A DNA stretch of 64,000 nt from Aplysia californica. Taxonomy: Eukaryota. Position 1 is the stretch's first letter. The number at the start of each line of letters is the position of its first letter. Position numbers and translations under genes: made by a program. Positions 14,150 to 25,334 of the stretch are shown here, piece by piece. The stretch lies in the NCBI RefSeq assembly GCF_000002075.1, contig NW_004797484.1:235069-299068 (forward strand), read 5' to 3'. The notes under the pieces were generated by a model, which did no database searches, was not told the origin of the DNA, and saw only the letters and a list, made by a program, of their open reading frames with translations.

Positions 14150-14850
14150 GAGACTAGCATCTATGGTGTAGCTATTAGGTTCCTCGCTATCGTACTGCAG
14201 AAAAGCAAGTTTGATTCCCGTGAAGGGATAATTTTTATCGAGTATCTTCATCTTTCTGTTGTCACGTTGTATTATTCTGGGTCAGAGTTGATCCGGACCA
14301 GCAAATTTGGAGCAGCCCGTTTCCTAAATGATTTGCATAGTGTCGGTGGGTACATAAAACTTCAACAAAAACTTCATACAATCGTAGAACTTGTGTTTAA
14401 TCATGGATAGATCTAATATTATATGCACACAAAATCATCAAGGGAAGAAAAAATAAATAACATAATACATGTATGACATTTTTACACGAAGTAGACAGTA
14501 CGAAACCTCTTTATCATGGAAGGAAAAGATGAGCGTATTAAGTGTACTGAGAGGGGTTTTTTAAAATCAAAACCCAAGTGATTCTTTTACACACAGGACG
14601 CAAATATTCCTCCTACGACTAGAGATGTTTCGAACACACTTCATTACCAGTGCGATAAACTGGCAGTGAGCGTCCCCCATGTCTGGGCTTTGGGTTGCCA
14701 TGGAGACGCACAGTGTCAGCAGCTGACAGGTCAGTGACGCTCCAGTTTCTGCTGTCCACGTCACCAGGACCGAGTCGCAGTCAGCATTGAGGACACACTG
14801 ACTTAGACACATAACTCTGAATGCTGCTTTTGGTTTGAAAGTGTGCAAGT
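14150..14850 (-). pseudogene. putative decayed extracellular-protein exons (PAN/apple-like Cys spacing at 14570-14848; second block 14150-14360 has two in-frame stops)
   Basis: CLSQCVLNADCDSV...TCQL resembles PAN CxxxC....CxS..C pattern; same strand and upstream of the EGF exon. Confidence 0.35.
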
Positions 14851-15435
14851 GGCGAGGAAAGGGGGATGAGGTGACTACTGCAATGCTTTCTTTTATTTTA
14901 CGTTGTTAACACCCCACTTCTGGGGTACAAAGTTTAGTTTCGGATACTCGGTCCTTAATCCTATCTCAGGACTTCATGTAAAGGAGAAAATATTCATGGA
15001 AAGTTTATTAAAAGTGGAGGACTTCAGGGTGACAGTTGTAAGGGGCAATAAACAAAAACGGCAGCAATTTATATTAATATGAGGCTTCATGAATTAGAAA
15101 CCCTGGACCCAAGAGAGAAATTTGCAAGCTGGGCACATTCACATGTGGAAATGGAGGTGTTGAATAAATCATCAAAATGTGGCAAACTCTTCTCTACCAA
15201 AGTTTGCCGATTATTATTACTTCGACGGTGAGCCCGGTTACTTGCATATTTACTTTGTTTTCAAAGACGGTGTGTGTATGTGCGTTTTTGTTGGTGTGCT
15301 TGAGTTTGCATGTGCGTGTGTTTGTGAGGGTGTGTATGTGTGCATGCAAGCATACATCACCATGCGTATGTCTGTGTATGCGTGTGTGCATGTTTGTTTG
15401 TTTGGATGCGTATGAATGTGTGTGTATATGTATGC

Positions 15436-15438
<3 letters not shown>

Positions 15439-15508
<70 letters not shown>
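15439..15508. repeat. (TG)n microsatellite within a degenerate TG-rich tract
   Basis: direct reading. Confidence 0.95.
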
Positions 15509-15512
<4 letters not shown>

Positions 15513-15569
15513 GTGTATTTTTTGTGTATGTGAGTGATGGGGTGTCATTATCTACAAATCGACAATCTA

Positions 15570-16515
15570 CTAACGTGACTATGCCTCCGAAGAAGTGTAC
15601 GGGGATGGTTGCTGTTGGTGATTCTCCACCTTCTGCAGATACCAGTCTGCACTCACCAAATCCTTATTCAAGTGTGCCATGTGCCAAACCTTGTTAGCTG
15701 TCCAGCCTTTCTTCATGAGCCTTCTGGATACTTCTGCTGCTGCTGCTCCCAATCCTGCTCCTGCTGCTTCTGAAGAAGAGCCCAGAATGTCTTCTACTCC
15801 AAGATCTGCATCTCCGGTGGTTCCAGTGACTTCGTCCAGAAAGTGTTTGCCTCGTGGATAGTGAGGCCTATTTTCTCCAGCAGTTCTTTGGAAAACTCTG
15901 GAGAAACTGAGGAAGTTCTTGATGGATGCCGTATCTTCAACTTTCGGTTCAGCCATCAGCTTCTCAAACTGTCCATAAAGGCGTCTTCTTGTGAGCCAGG
16001 GTCTAATCCAACAGGTCCTCCTCCTCCTCCTCTTCTTCTTCTTCTCCTCTTCTTGCACAAGCACAACAGCAAGGGCACCATTATGTATGCATGAAGTACG
16101 CATCCGTCGTCTGTGTCATATGAGACATGTTGAAGGAATGGACAAACATTTTGCCCCCCTCTGTATTTTTTTTATAACATTACACGCCGACTAACTCGGC
16201 GACCGGTCGGCAAGATGGTCAACGTGGTCGGCGAGTTTGTCTGCGTTTGGAATTTTACTCGGCCGCTGCGTTTCTTGGCTCTGCAAACGGCCAGGATTCA
16301 AACTAATTGCTCGGCAAGACGCTCGGCGAGATGCTCGCCGTCCTAAATTATTGCTCGCCGTCCTAAATTATAGCTCGACGAGCATTTCCCCGAGGGCTCA
16401 CCGACACAATAATGTCAACAGTCATGGCCAAATGCTCGTTACGATTAAACCCGAATTTATATTATCTTATCGGGAATTGCTGGTCGACTCTACCCCTGTA
16501 TATGTGAACACCGCA
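15570..16515 (-). mobile_element. PIF/Harbinger transposon remnant
   Basis: RRRRRTCWIRPWL..RRLYGQFEKLMAE..EDTASIKNFL is a Harbinger transposase N-terminus; end tgtgaacaccgca|tta with ctcggcga/tcgccg subterminal repeats. Confidence 0.7.
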
Positions 16516-16724
16516 TTAGGGGATATAGCCGCGAAACAGAATTATTTAACACTTCGCACATCCAAGGGCACCAGAACTACCTGGGAAACCACTGTTGTCT
16601 CTTACCATTTTAATCATTAATATTGTGACTCAGTTTTTAGACCAACTCTTACGTATGGAACATTCACGCTGGGGGTGAAGAGACCAAATTTTTATTCTTT
16701 TTTTTTCTTGTTATCATCAAGATA

Positions 16725-17158
16725 TGTGAGGCATTATGGTGAAATCAGGCGCTCATCAAAATAATGAATTCAATGAGACATGCATTTTTTCAGACAGTTT
16801 GGCAATTTTTATTGAATTTTAGCTTTTTGGCTCTGCGCCTTTATGTTCAAATAAAACACACTTTCGTGCGAATTTGTCCGGAAAACGTTGATTAAAGGCA
16901 CAAAATACGTAATTTTTCCATTTTTAAGGACTCTCAAGCTTATGAAGTTACCGAACTTTGGCGGCCACTTTCTCGCTAATTTTAGCGCTGAAACCAGGCG
17001 ACCTCATCTCATTCAATCGCAAGTATCTCTATTTTTGTTTTAGATAAATGGGTATATTTTATTGAAAGTACGGAAAATGAATAAGCCTTTAAGATGATAC
17101 CAATAACTCCACATGACCAAAAATTGACGAGCGCCTGATTCCTCCACGTCGTGACACA
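16725..17158. mobile_element. MITE M1 diverged copy
   Basis: degenerate TIRs, collinear internal similarity. Confidence 0.75.
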
Positions 17159-18802
17159 TTTCACCTCAAGCAGCTCGGCTAGCTTCAGCAGGTTTCTCTC
17201 GTCAAATTACATAACAATGCGAGTTTGAAAGTTTGATGAAACTTTCTTTGTCAAACGTTGTTGGTCTTACGTATGAGGGTATCGACATTCAGAACCTTCT
17301 AACACTTAAACGACACCGATCTGCTGTAAATTATTCGTGGGACGTTTGTGACGGTGGGGACTTTGTGTCATTGTTTTCATCACGGAAAAACAGAATTGGA
17401 AATGGAGTTACTCAACATTGGTTTTCCCCAGTGTGATTTACAGAGGCATCATCTTAACGCTTTAAGATTAAAAGATCTCTTGAATTCTTATTGATTGAAA
17501 ATCCATTCTTCTTATGTGTTGGTAGTAGCGATAGTGCGAATAGCAAAAACAAAGCGTCTTCTAATCTATTCAAGGACCACTGCTACAAAGAACAATTTAA
17601 AAGACTAAAAATAGGGCTTATGTCGAGCCAGAACTGATTATTAATGTATTTTGCCCCAGATGACATATGCATGTGTTTCAGTTATTAAGTTTATCACTCT
17701 TTTGTGAACTGCTATTTCCGGGGTGCCTTGATAGTCGAAGCAGACTTTGTGCTGTTGAGGTGACAGAGGTGAGCAGAGTACGCCTGATTCCCCGTTTTGA
17801 TCCCTCTATTGACATCCACCCCTTGGAGCTCGTATGACCGTATGCAGTTGCAAGCGCCGTAAAACCTTACTAAAACTAAACTAAACAATCCTTAAAGAGA
17901 CGGGCAGCTCCCACTCTGTCACGGTCAAACTTGAAAGACTGGAAGACAACATTCAAGTAGAAAGGCTCGATGAAATAGAAGACCTCGAATCTCGAGATTG
18001 AATTAGCCTCCTCTCAGTGCAACGGCGAAGAACCTAAAATAATACGGGGTGCCTCAAAAACAAACGTGTATGTTTTCAGTTTCAGGCTACCGGCCCGGTC
18101 CAGCCGTAGTAGGCTCCCCGTATAACCAATACACTTCAAACGACGGTCGAGTAACAACCGACAACTGTTTCATTGTTTTGTAGAAGGGAATTTGGCTAAG
18201 GACTACTTCCAAGGTAGATCCAAGGGTACAAATAATTGTAAGCTGAGCGATAATCGTAATACTGTCTGATATTGCCTAGATTACTTTGGTTGCATTTCTG
18301 TCAACATGTTAAGCAATGATTATGGATCACTCGATTCCCAGACTTTTAAATAACTTAAACTGTGTTGATGGAGACGTACAATACACTGAATTAAAAAAAG
18401 AAAGACTTTTCAAAGACAGGTTAGTTTTCAGTGTCTTAATTGTCCAACAGAACATGTCTTTAGCCCGCTCCAGCGGAAACAAAATAATTTAATATGTATA
18501 ATGGTGTGCGTTTCAAGTCAACAGGAAACTTGTCCAAAACAAAATGCACTGACATGGAACCTGTATTGCGTCGATCTGCATGGGTGTGGGAAACCAAATA
18601 CTATTGACAGTCTGTTAAGAGGTGTGGCTCCGCACAGGTAGGCGTCTGTTCATTGGCTACTTTTCTGGAGGGGTTGAAGTGTAGTTTCTCTTGAGTGTGA
18701 TCCAAGGCCTAAACGAACGACCACAAACAGGCTGGAACAAATCACTTGTTGTGAATGCTGTTGCAGTTGCTGCTGTCGTTATTGCTGCTGTTTGTTTGCT
18801 TA

Positions 18803-18861
<59 letters not shown>

Positions 18862-18880
18862 GTTTGTTTGTTTGTTTGTT
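18803..18880. repeat. (TTAG)n/(TTTG)n microsatellite
   Basis: direct reading. Confidence 0.95.
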
Positions 18881-19259
18881 GGGGGTTGAGGGGGTTGGTT
18901 GTCTTTTGCTTTTATCCTACATTTATATGGGCTGTTTTACAGGCGTCTGTGGTGTAACAGTTATGCGCTTCGAGAACACATGTAGGACACGTGAATTTCC
19001 ATTCGCACGTGGAGAGAATTAAAATTTTAATCGAGTATCTGAGACATTCTGCTGGGGCGTTGTATCCCGCTCAGCCGGGTGGTCCGTACTAGAATATTAA
19101 TGTCGATTGAAAGATGACAATGTAGGGGGAGGGGGGGGGAGGAGAAAAGGTGTAGTGGTGCAATTACAGCTAATTATAGGCGATTTTCAGGTTGAAAGCC
19201 ATAGATGCAGGGGGCATGGAAGTGGAATCAATTTGGATAAAAATTACATTAATTTGCAG

Positions 19260-19450
19260 ACAGGGAAAAGGGGCTAAAACAGCACCTGGACATGGATGGC
19301 TGGTGCCCAAAAAATAAATTACTGGTGACCAGGTCAAACTTCGACAATAACCAAATTAAACAAAAGAATACTAATCCACAGACAGGAAAAAGACGTTAAA
19401 ACAGCACCTGGACACGGATGGCTGGTGCCTCTAAAAATAAATTATTGATG
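19260..19450. repeat. ~68-bp spaced direct repeat
   Basis: taaaacagcacctggacayggatggctggtgcc at about 19276 and 19397. Confidence 0.8.
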
Positions 19451-19609
19451 GTAAACTTCCACACTTACATGGGCTGATTCGTCTCTGAAAAAGCCTACTT
19501 ATCAAAGGTTTCATTTTAGCAGTAGAGTACGGCCTCTTATAGAATATATAGGGACACTCTAGACATTTTTAAATTTCGCAAGACCGTGACTTTCTTCGAC
19601 CTAAGACAA

Positions 19610-20984
19610 AGGGCCGTTCAAATATAATCTTACGCCTGGAAAGGGTGGGGGTGGGGGGGGGGGGGGGGGGGGGTCTTCGGCTCCTGTAAAAAAAAAGTGT
19701 GAGAAAAGGGGGAGCGGGGTCTTGAACCAATGTAATATTATACTTTTGTGAGGTGAAAAAATAACAAAGAAAAACAATTGTGATAAAATAACCTTTTTTA
19801 TGACTCACAAAAAGAGAGTTAGATCTAACTGTTCACTAAGAGTTGTGGGCGCGGCATATGCCATAGCGACAGAGAAGGTCCTCGAGCGGCCAAGCATGAA
19901 TATGCCATCTCGCACTTAAAACACTGGTAGTCTAAAGTAGGGCCTAAGCTAGTGGTGTACACGCCTCCAATTACTTTGTTCACTCATTATCTCATGTTTT
20001 GGTGACAACTTCAGAATTACAGGCTATTCACTGAAACTGAGCTAACATCTTGTTACCAGGTAGGCTACTTTGTAATTTTGTAGCTGTCATCTTCAATTTT
20101 GAATGGCCAGTAGCCTAGGCCTTCTCAGGAACTGAGAAAGCCTAGCCAGTAGCACAAGGGATACAGTCAACCTTGCTCAAAGTCAACACTTTTTTTCGGT
20201 CCCGATGTGTTGAATTTATCACAATTCCACTGTAATGTGTTTATTTGTACATTAATTAAGGCTCTTTTTGACATTGACACGAGTCTCATTTTTTTTTTCA
20301 TTATTAGTAAGAAAGAGTGTAATTAGTATGCAACAATTTGCTTGAATGATTTACTCTGTTATTTTTAATGGATGGAGAACTGATAAAAAATATTATTGTT
20401 ACGCGCATGTGTATGCATGTTTTTCATGAATATCATGTAAAGCGTATAAAACAATAATAAATAATAATAATATATAGCATTTGTATAGCGCATATCCCCG
20501 CTCAACAGCAGGCTCTATGCGCTTTACACTATATTATTACCCCAGCAGACCATAGAACACTCCGAAACATTCTCAGCTTCCCGGGAAGCATACAGTGCAA
20601 GCAGCCGATTAAGCGCTCAAACACTAACAAACTGACAAGATCTTTCGCTGTCTATAGCCGGGTACCCATTCTCACCTGGGTTAAGTGAGGAAAATTCGTG
20701 TAAAGTGCCTTTCCCAAGGACACAACGTCGGGCCCTTGACGGGATTCGAACCCACGACCTTACGGTTGCGAGTCCGAGAGCCTAACCACTAGGCTACCGA
20801 CGCCACAATGATTGTAACACGAATTTGCGCGATATAAATGTCATATCATTATTATCATAAGCGAACAATGTAATGCGAGATGGAGGGTTGGAAAGGGGGG
20901 GGGCAAATGTAAGAAACGTGTAAGAAGGAGGGGGGGGTTGCAAAAAGTCCCCAAAAGGGTGTAAGATTATATCTGAACAGCCCC
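19610..20984. mobile_element. Tourist/PIF-like MITE ends (gggccgttcaaatataatcttac...gtaagattatatctgaacagcccc)
   Basis: two matching inverted ends with G-run interior; one element or two partial copies. Confidence 0.45.
20453..20806 (-). mobile_element. tRNA-headed SINE family B with L2-like tail
   Basis: A/B boxes (tagcctagtgg, ggttcgaatccc), gtgtccttgggaaaggcactt core, aagcgcatagag..gcgctatacaaat(TAT)n tail. Confidence 0.88.
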
Positions 20985-21210
20985 CAACTAAGACCAACAC
21001 ACATAAAGCCAGTGAAATAAGGACAAATATTAACGCTTTCTAATATTAAGACAAATGGAATTATCATCCCGTTTTATTTCCATAAAAAGACAATATAATT
21101 TAGTTTCGAGACATATCTTCAATATGAAATAAAAGTACATTAAAATTTGGTCAACGTTTCACGTACATTTAGAATACATTATGGGACAATGGGGACAATA
21201 AATAATGTCG

Positions 21211-21629
21211 TCAACACAGTGCAGGAAAAAGATTACCATCAACTACATAGACAACTTTCATCAACAGATGTATGAGGAGCATTCTAAGAATTAAGTGGCA
21301 GGATAGAATAAGAAATGAAGAACTGTGGGAAAGGACAGGACAAAAGGATATAGAAGTAGAAATAGGACTAAGAAAGTGGCGATGGATGGGACACACCTTA
21401 AGAAAGCCCAGCGGAAACATCACAAGACAGTCACTGCAGTGGAACCCACAAGGAGCACGAGGCAGGGGTAGGCCACGGGAAACATGGAGGAGATGCGTGG
21501 AAAGGGACATGAGAGAAATGAAGCTCACTTGGAACGAGCTTGGAAGGATGGCTCAGGACAGAGATAAATGGAAGGAGCTTGTATGTGGCCTATACCCTGC
21601 CAGGCGTGAAAGGCATTGATGATGATGAC
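21211..21629 (+). mobile_element. RTE-like LINE 3' end, well preserved
   Basis: ORF 21272-21619 IRNEELWERT..KWRWMGHTLRK..LQWNPQGARGRGRPRETWRR..AQDRDKWK; (GAT)n tail. Confidence 0.88.
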
Positions 21630-21882
21630 ATTGACAACTAAGAAAAGGGCACTCATTCTATAATAGCAGAGCAACTATCACTGCCTACATCGAGACTAGA
21701 ACATTTAATAGAAGTATTGTAATCATGTACATGTAATATGACAAAACTGGCAGGCGCAATCGTCCCTTCTGCCGTCACTGAATGATTTTTTCAAGGCGAT
21801 CTTGTTTATCGATCATTTGGTGTCGGGGAAAAAAGGAAGACGGACCGACAGAGGCAAAAGAAGTTGGAGTAAGACGGGCCAG

Positions 21883-22076
21883 AATAATAATAATAAATAG
21901 CATTTGTATAGCGCATATCCCCGCTCAACAGCAGGCTCGATGCGCTTTACACTATAATAATACCCCAGCAGACCATAGAACACTCCGAAACATTCTCAGC
22001 TTCCCGGGAAGCATACAGTGCAAGCAGCTGATTAAGCGCTCAAACACTAACAAACAGACAAGATCTTTCGCTGTCT
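21883..22076 (-). mobile_element. SINE family B, 3' half
   Basis: near-identical to 20460-20650. Confidence 0.82.
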
Positions 22077-23280
22077 TTCGCAGAAGGTGCCGCCCTAACC
22101 TCTCAGTAAGGCAGATTTGAATGCTGACTTAACTACCAGCGTTCAAGAACAAACATATGGGATCTTGAGCAAAGACAGAGGCACAAGAAAGCAATATAAG
22201 AGTAAAACAGAGCTACATGTACATGAATAGTAAAGCATGTCAGACATAAATACGTGTAAACTCGAAAACATAAATCATTCTTCAGACCTCGCTCTTTTTC
22301 TACCTTTTACTGTACAGAACCATGTATGTTCCATGTATTTATTTCACAGGAAATTCGAACTAAAATTATTTCAACGAAAAATAAAACCGTTTAACTTTCA
22401 AGAGAGACCAAACAAAAAGAACATGGTATCAACAGTTTTGCAAGGCTCTTCAGCTAAGTTTTGTAAAGCCTATGAAGTAGCATAAGTCCAAGAGCTCGTT
22501 GTGGAAGCTGATGGCTAAGTTAAAGGAACTGCAGTGAGAGAAATGAATGTGTATGCTTTGCTGCGACAGCGTTCTAAGTTGTTCGAAGTCCGCCATTCGA
22601 GATAGCGCACAATGAGGTTCAAGGAGAATAGAGATAGATCTGAGAAAGACGAGGGGAGGGGGGGGCATTGGGATTACACTGAGAAGACCACGTCAGTCAA
22701 AGTCACTTGCCGCTGAATCCAAAAATTCACTCTTGATACAAAAACAAAATTAAATTGAGTTTGGTTGTCCAGATGGTTACTGGCCTTTGAACAAATGCAG
22801 AGAGAAGAAATGCGTGGTTTACTTTGATACAACTTCGTCACCGCAGGCCTACTACTAGATCTAGTGTGCACAGACACGGTACTGTCAAGAAATTGGGGCT
22901 ACTTAGCTCACCGTTAAATATCTCAAAGCATCCATCATAGTCAGGTCGTTGCCTTGTTGTAAAAACAACAAACCAACCAAACATTGCTCAGCGTCAGTTA
23001 TGCTTACACCACTAAAATACACATATATCTATCTCGAATTACAACAAAATGATGATAAACAAAGTGGCTCCAATGAGCTCGAATGTGTGTGTTCAACCAT
23101 AATTGCAACAGCTGAAGTCTAGTTTTTATCCACAGGATTCAGAAGTATTGGCTGTGTGTTAACTTTACAAACGTTGTAAACTTCTATAAGCAATGACTAA
23201 GATTGAAGCAACCCATCAATATGTCAATGTATTCGTCACAAATTCAAATAACAATTTCTAAAATGTCAATGACCGTCAAA

Positions 23281-23394
23281 TTATGAAGAGCTTTCCTGTC
23301 CCTCCAAAATGGCCTTCAGTTTTCCAGACTTTTGAAGAAGGTTCAGCTCCTTCTCTCCTCCAACGTATTTCCCATCAACAAATAACTGTGGAAC
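23281..23394 (-). CDS. glutaredoxin-like protein, coding exon 2 (VPQLFVDGKYVGGEKELNLLQKSGKLKAILEGQESSS*)
   Basis: ttgcag acceptor; cis-Pro VP, GG motif and terminal GxL helix of glutaredoxins; in phase with exon 1. Confidence 0.9.
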   Translation of the reverse strand, partial: VPQLFVDGKYVGGEKELNLLQKSGKLKAILEGQESSS

Positions 23395-23524
23395 CTGCAA
23401 AAGGTTTAAAGGGAAAACTAGATGAGCCTTTCTCTTCACAAGAAAGTATAATTACGAAATATTTGCACACGTATATTTCAATTTGCAAATTACCAGAACG
23501 ATACCAGAAGCACACATCTTTTTT

Positions 23525-23800
23525 TATTTGTAAGTGTTTTACGGCGCTCGCAACAGCATAAGGTCATATGAGCGCACGAGATACATTAAACATTTTCAGT
23601 TGGAAGGGAATTAGAATGTGCCCGGGTAGCGGACGAAGCCTACTCTTATCGATTTTAGACCACCAAGGGACCTTTAACGTGCGCAACTTGAACACGGGAC
23701 CTCCGAGATTTTTTGCCCTTGTCCGAGAAGGCTAGGTGTAGATCAGGGGTGTGACTGAAAGGCTGCAGAAAGAGTCATGAGCCTAAGGGATGGAGCAATC
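23525..23800 (-). mobile_element. SINE family A, 3' part (Grx intron)
   Basis: core and tail match family A. Confidence 0.75.
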
Positions 23801-23804
23801 GAGG

Positions 23805-24100
23805 TGAGGGGTCGAGCCGCAAGCCCGACGGTGTGTCCTCGAGAAAGGCACTTTACACACATTTCCTCACTTCACGCAGGTGGGAATGGATACCCGGCCA
23901 TAGACAGCGAAAGACTTAACAGTATGTTAGTGTTTTAGTGGTTATAAATGGCTGCTTGCACTGTATGCTTTCCAAGAAAGTGGAGGTTGTTTCAGAATAC
24001 TCTCAGGTCTGCTGGGGGTAAAAGTGTAGATTGTGAAGCGCATAGAGCTTGCTATTGAGCGGGGATTTGCACAATACAAATGCTATCTATCTATTATTAT
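23805..24100 (+). mobile_element. SINE family B, diverged
   Basis: core and tail similarity. Confidence 0.7.
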
Positions 24101-25115
24101 TGTTAAAGTCAGTGACCTTGTCATTTATTTTTACTGTGACTGATTCTTGCGGCTCTGTATTGCAACATAATCTACGACAAATCTTTATTTTGAACCCCCC
24201 CCCCCCTCCCTTCCAATAGTATGTGATAAGATTTATACTTGCAAGATATTGTGAATAATTAAAGCTCTGTTCATCTCCAGATCAAACCATTATATTTAAC
24301 TTGAACTCAGACGCATTGATGTATACCCAAAGTCAAAGACACACCACAAAGCCAAAAACAGACACAAATCTGTTTCGATTTTTGATGATCAGAAAATTTG
24401 AATTCAAATCAGTATTTGTCTTTTTCAATTCACTGACCATTCTATACGGGCCGACCAATGAACTGAGCTGGACGGCCCAATTTAGGACAAAAAACGAAAC
24501 GGTCTTCAAGCGTGATGCNNNNNNNNNNNNNNNNNNNNNNNNNNNNNNNNNNNNNNNNNNNNNNNNNNNNNNNNNNNNNNNNNNNNNNNNNNNNNNNNNN
24601 NNNNNNNNNNNNNNNNNNNNNNNNNNNNNNNNNNNNNNNNNNNNNNNNNNNNNNNNNNNNNNNNNNNNNNNNNNNNNNNNNNNNNNNNNNNNNNNNNNNN
24701 NNNNNNNNNNNNNNNNNNNNNNNNNNNNNNNNNNNNNNNNNNNNNNNNNNNNNNNNNNNNNNNNNNNNNNNNNNNNCTCTNNNNNNNNNNNNNNNNNNNN
24801 NNNNNNNNNNNNNNNNNNNNNNNNNNNNNNNNNNNNNNNNNNNNNNNNNNNNNNNNNNNNNNNNNNNNNNNNNNNNNNNNNNNNNNNNNNNNNNNNNNNN
24901 NNNNNNNNNNNNNNNNNNNNNNNNNNNNNNNNNNNNNNNNNNNNNNNNNNNNNNNNNNNNNNNNNNNNNNNNNNNNNNNNNNNNNNNNNNNNNNNNNNNN
25001 NNNNNGACACAAGGGTAAGACTGCACTTAATCATGAGCAATCACATACGAGATATCTGCACTGTTCCTGGTTTCTTCCTATTTAACTTTTCAACTTGTAA
25101 ATATTTTTCACGTAC

Positions 25116-25334
25116 CGCTCTTGAGTCTGTCAGACACAATATTTGAAAATAGTTTTCAATTTGGACACAATCTTGTCTCCGCTCTATCTCTACGACTTCA
25201 TAATCTTTGTCTGGTAATTTATACTCATCTAGGAATTCTCTTACAAATTTACACTCCGGTGAATACGACTTCGCAAACAAAACCACTCTTCTTTGCTTCA
25301 GCTTATGATCAACAAACTTTCTTGCCCCAGCCAT
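25116..25334 (-). CDS. glutaredoxin-like protein, coding exon 1 (73 aa; SPEC active-site motif)
   Basis: VVLFAKSYSPECK..L....YEVVEIE is a Grx-fold N-terminal half; donor GCG|gtacgt; tttacag acceptor 2 nt before the ATG implies an upstream non-coding exon. Confidence 0.88.

Noticed and set aside
23000-23280. SECIS element for the Grx-like gene
   Set aside because: No in-frame TGA in the CDS and no convincing SECIS stem seen by eye
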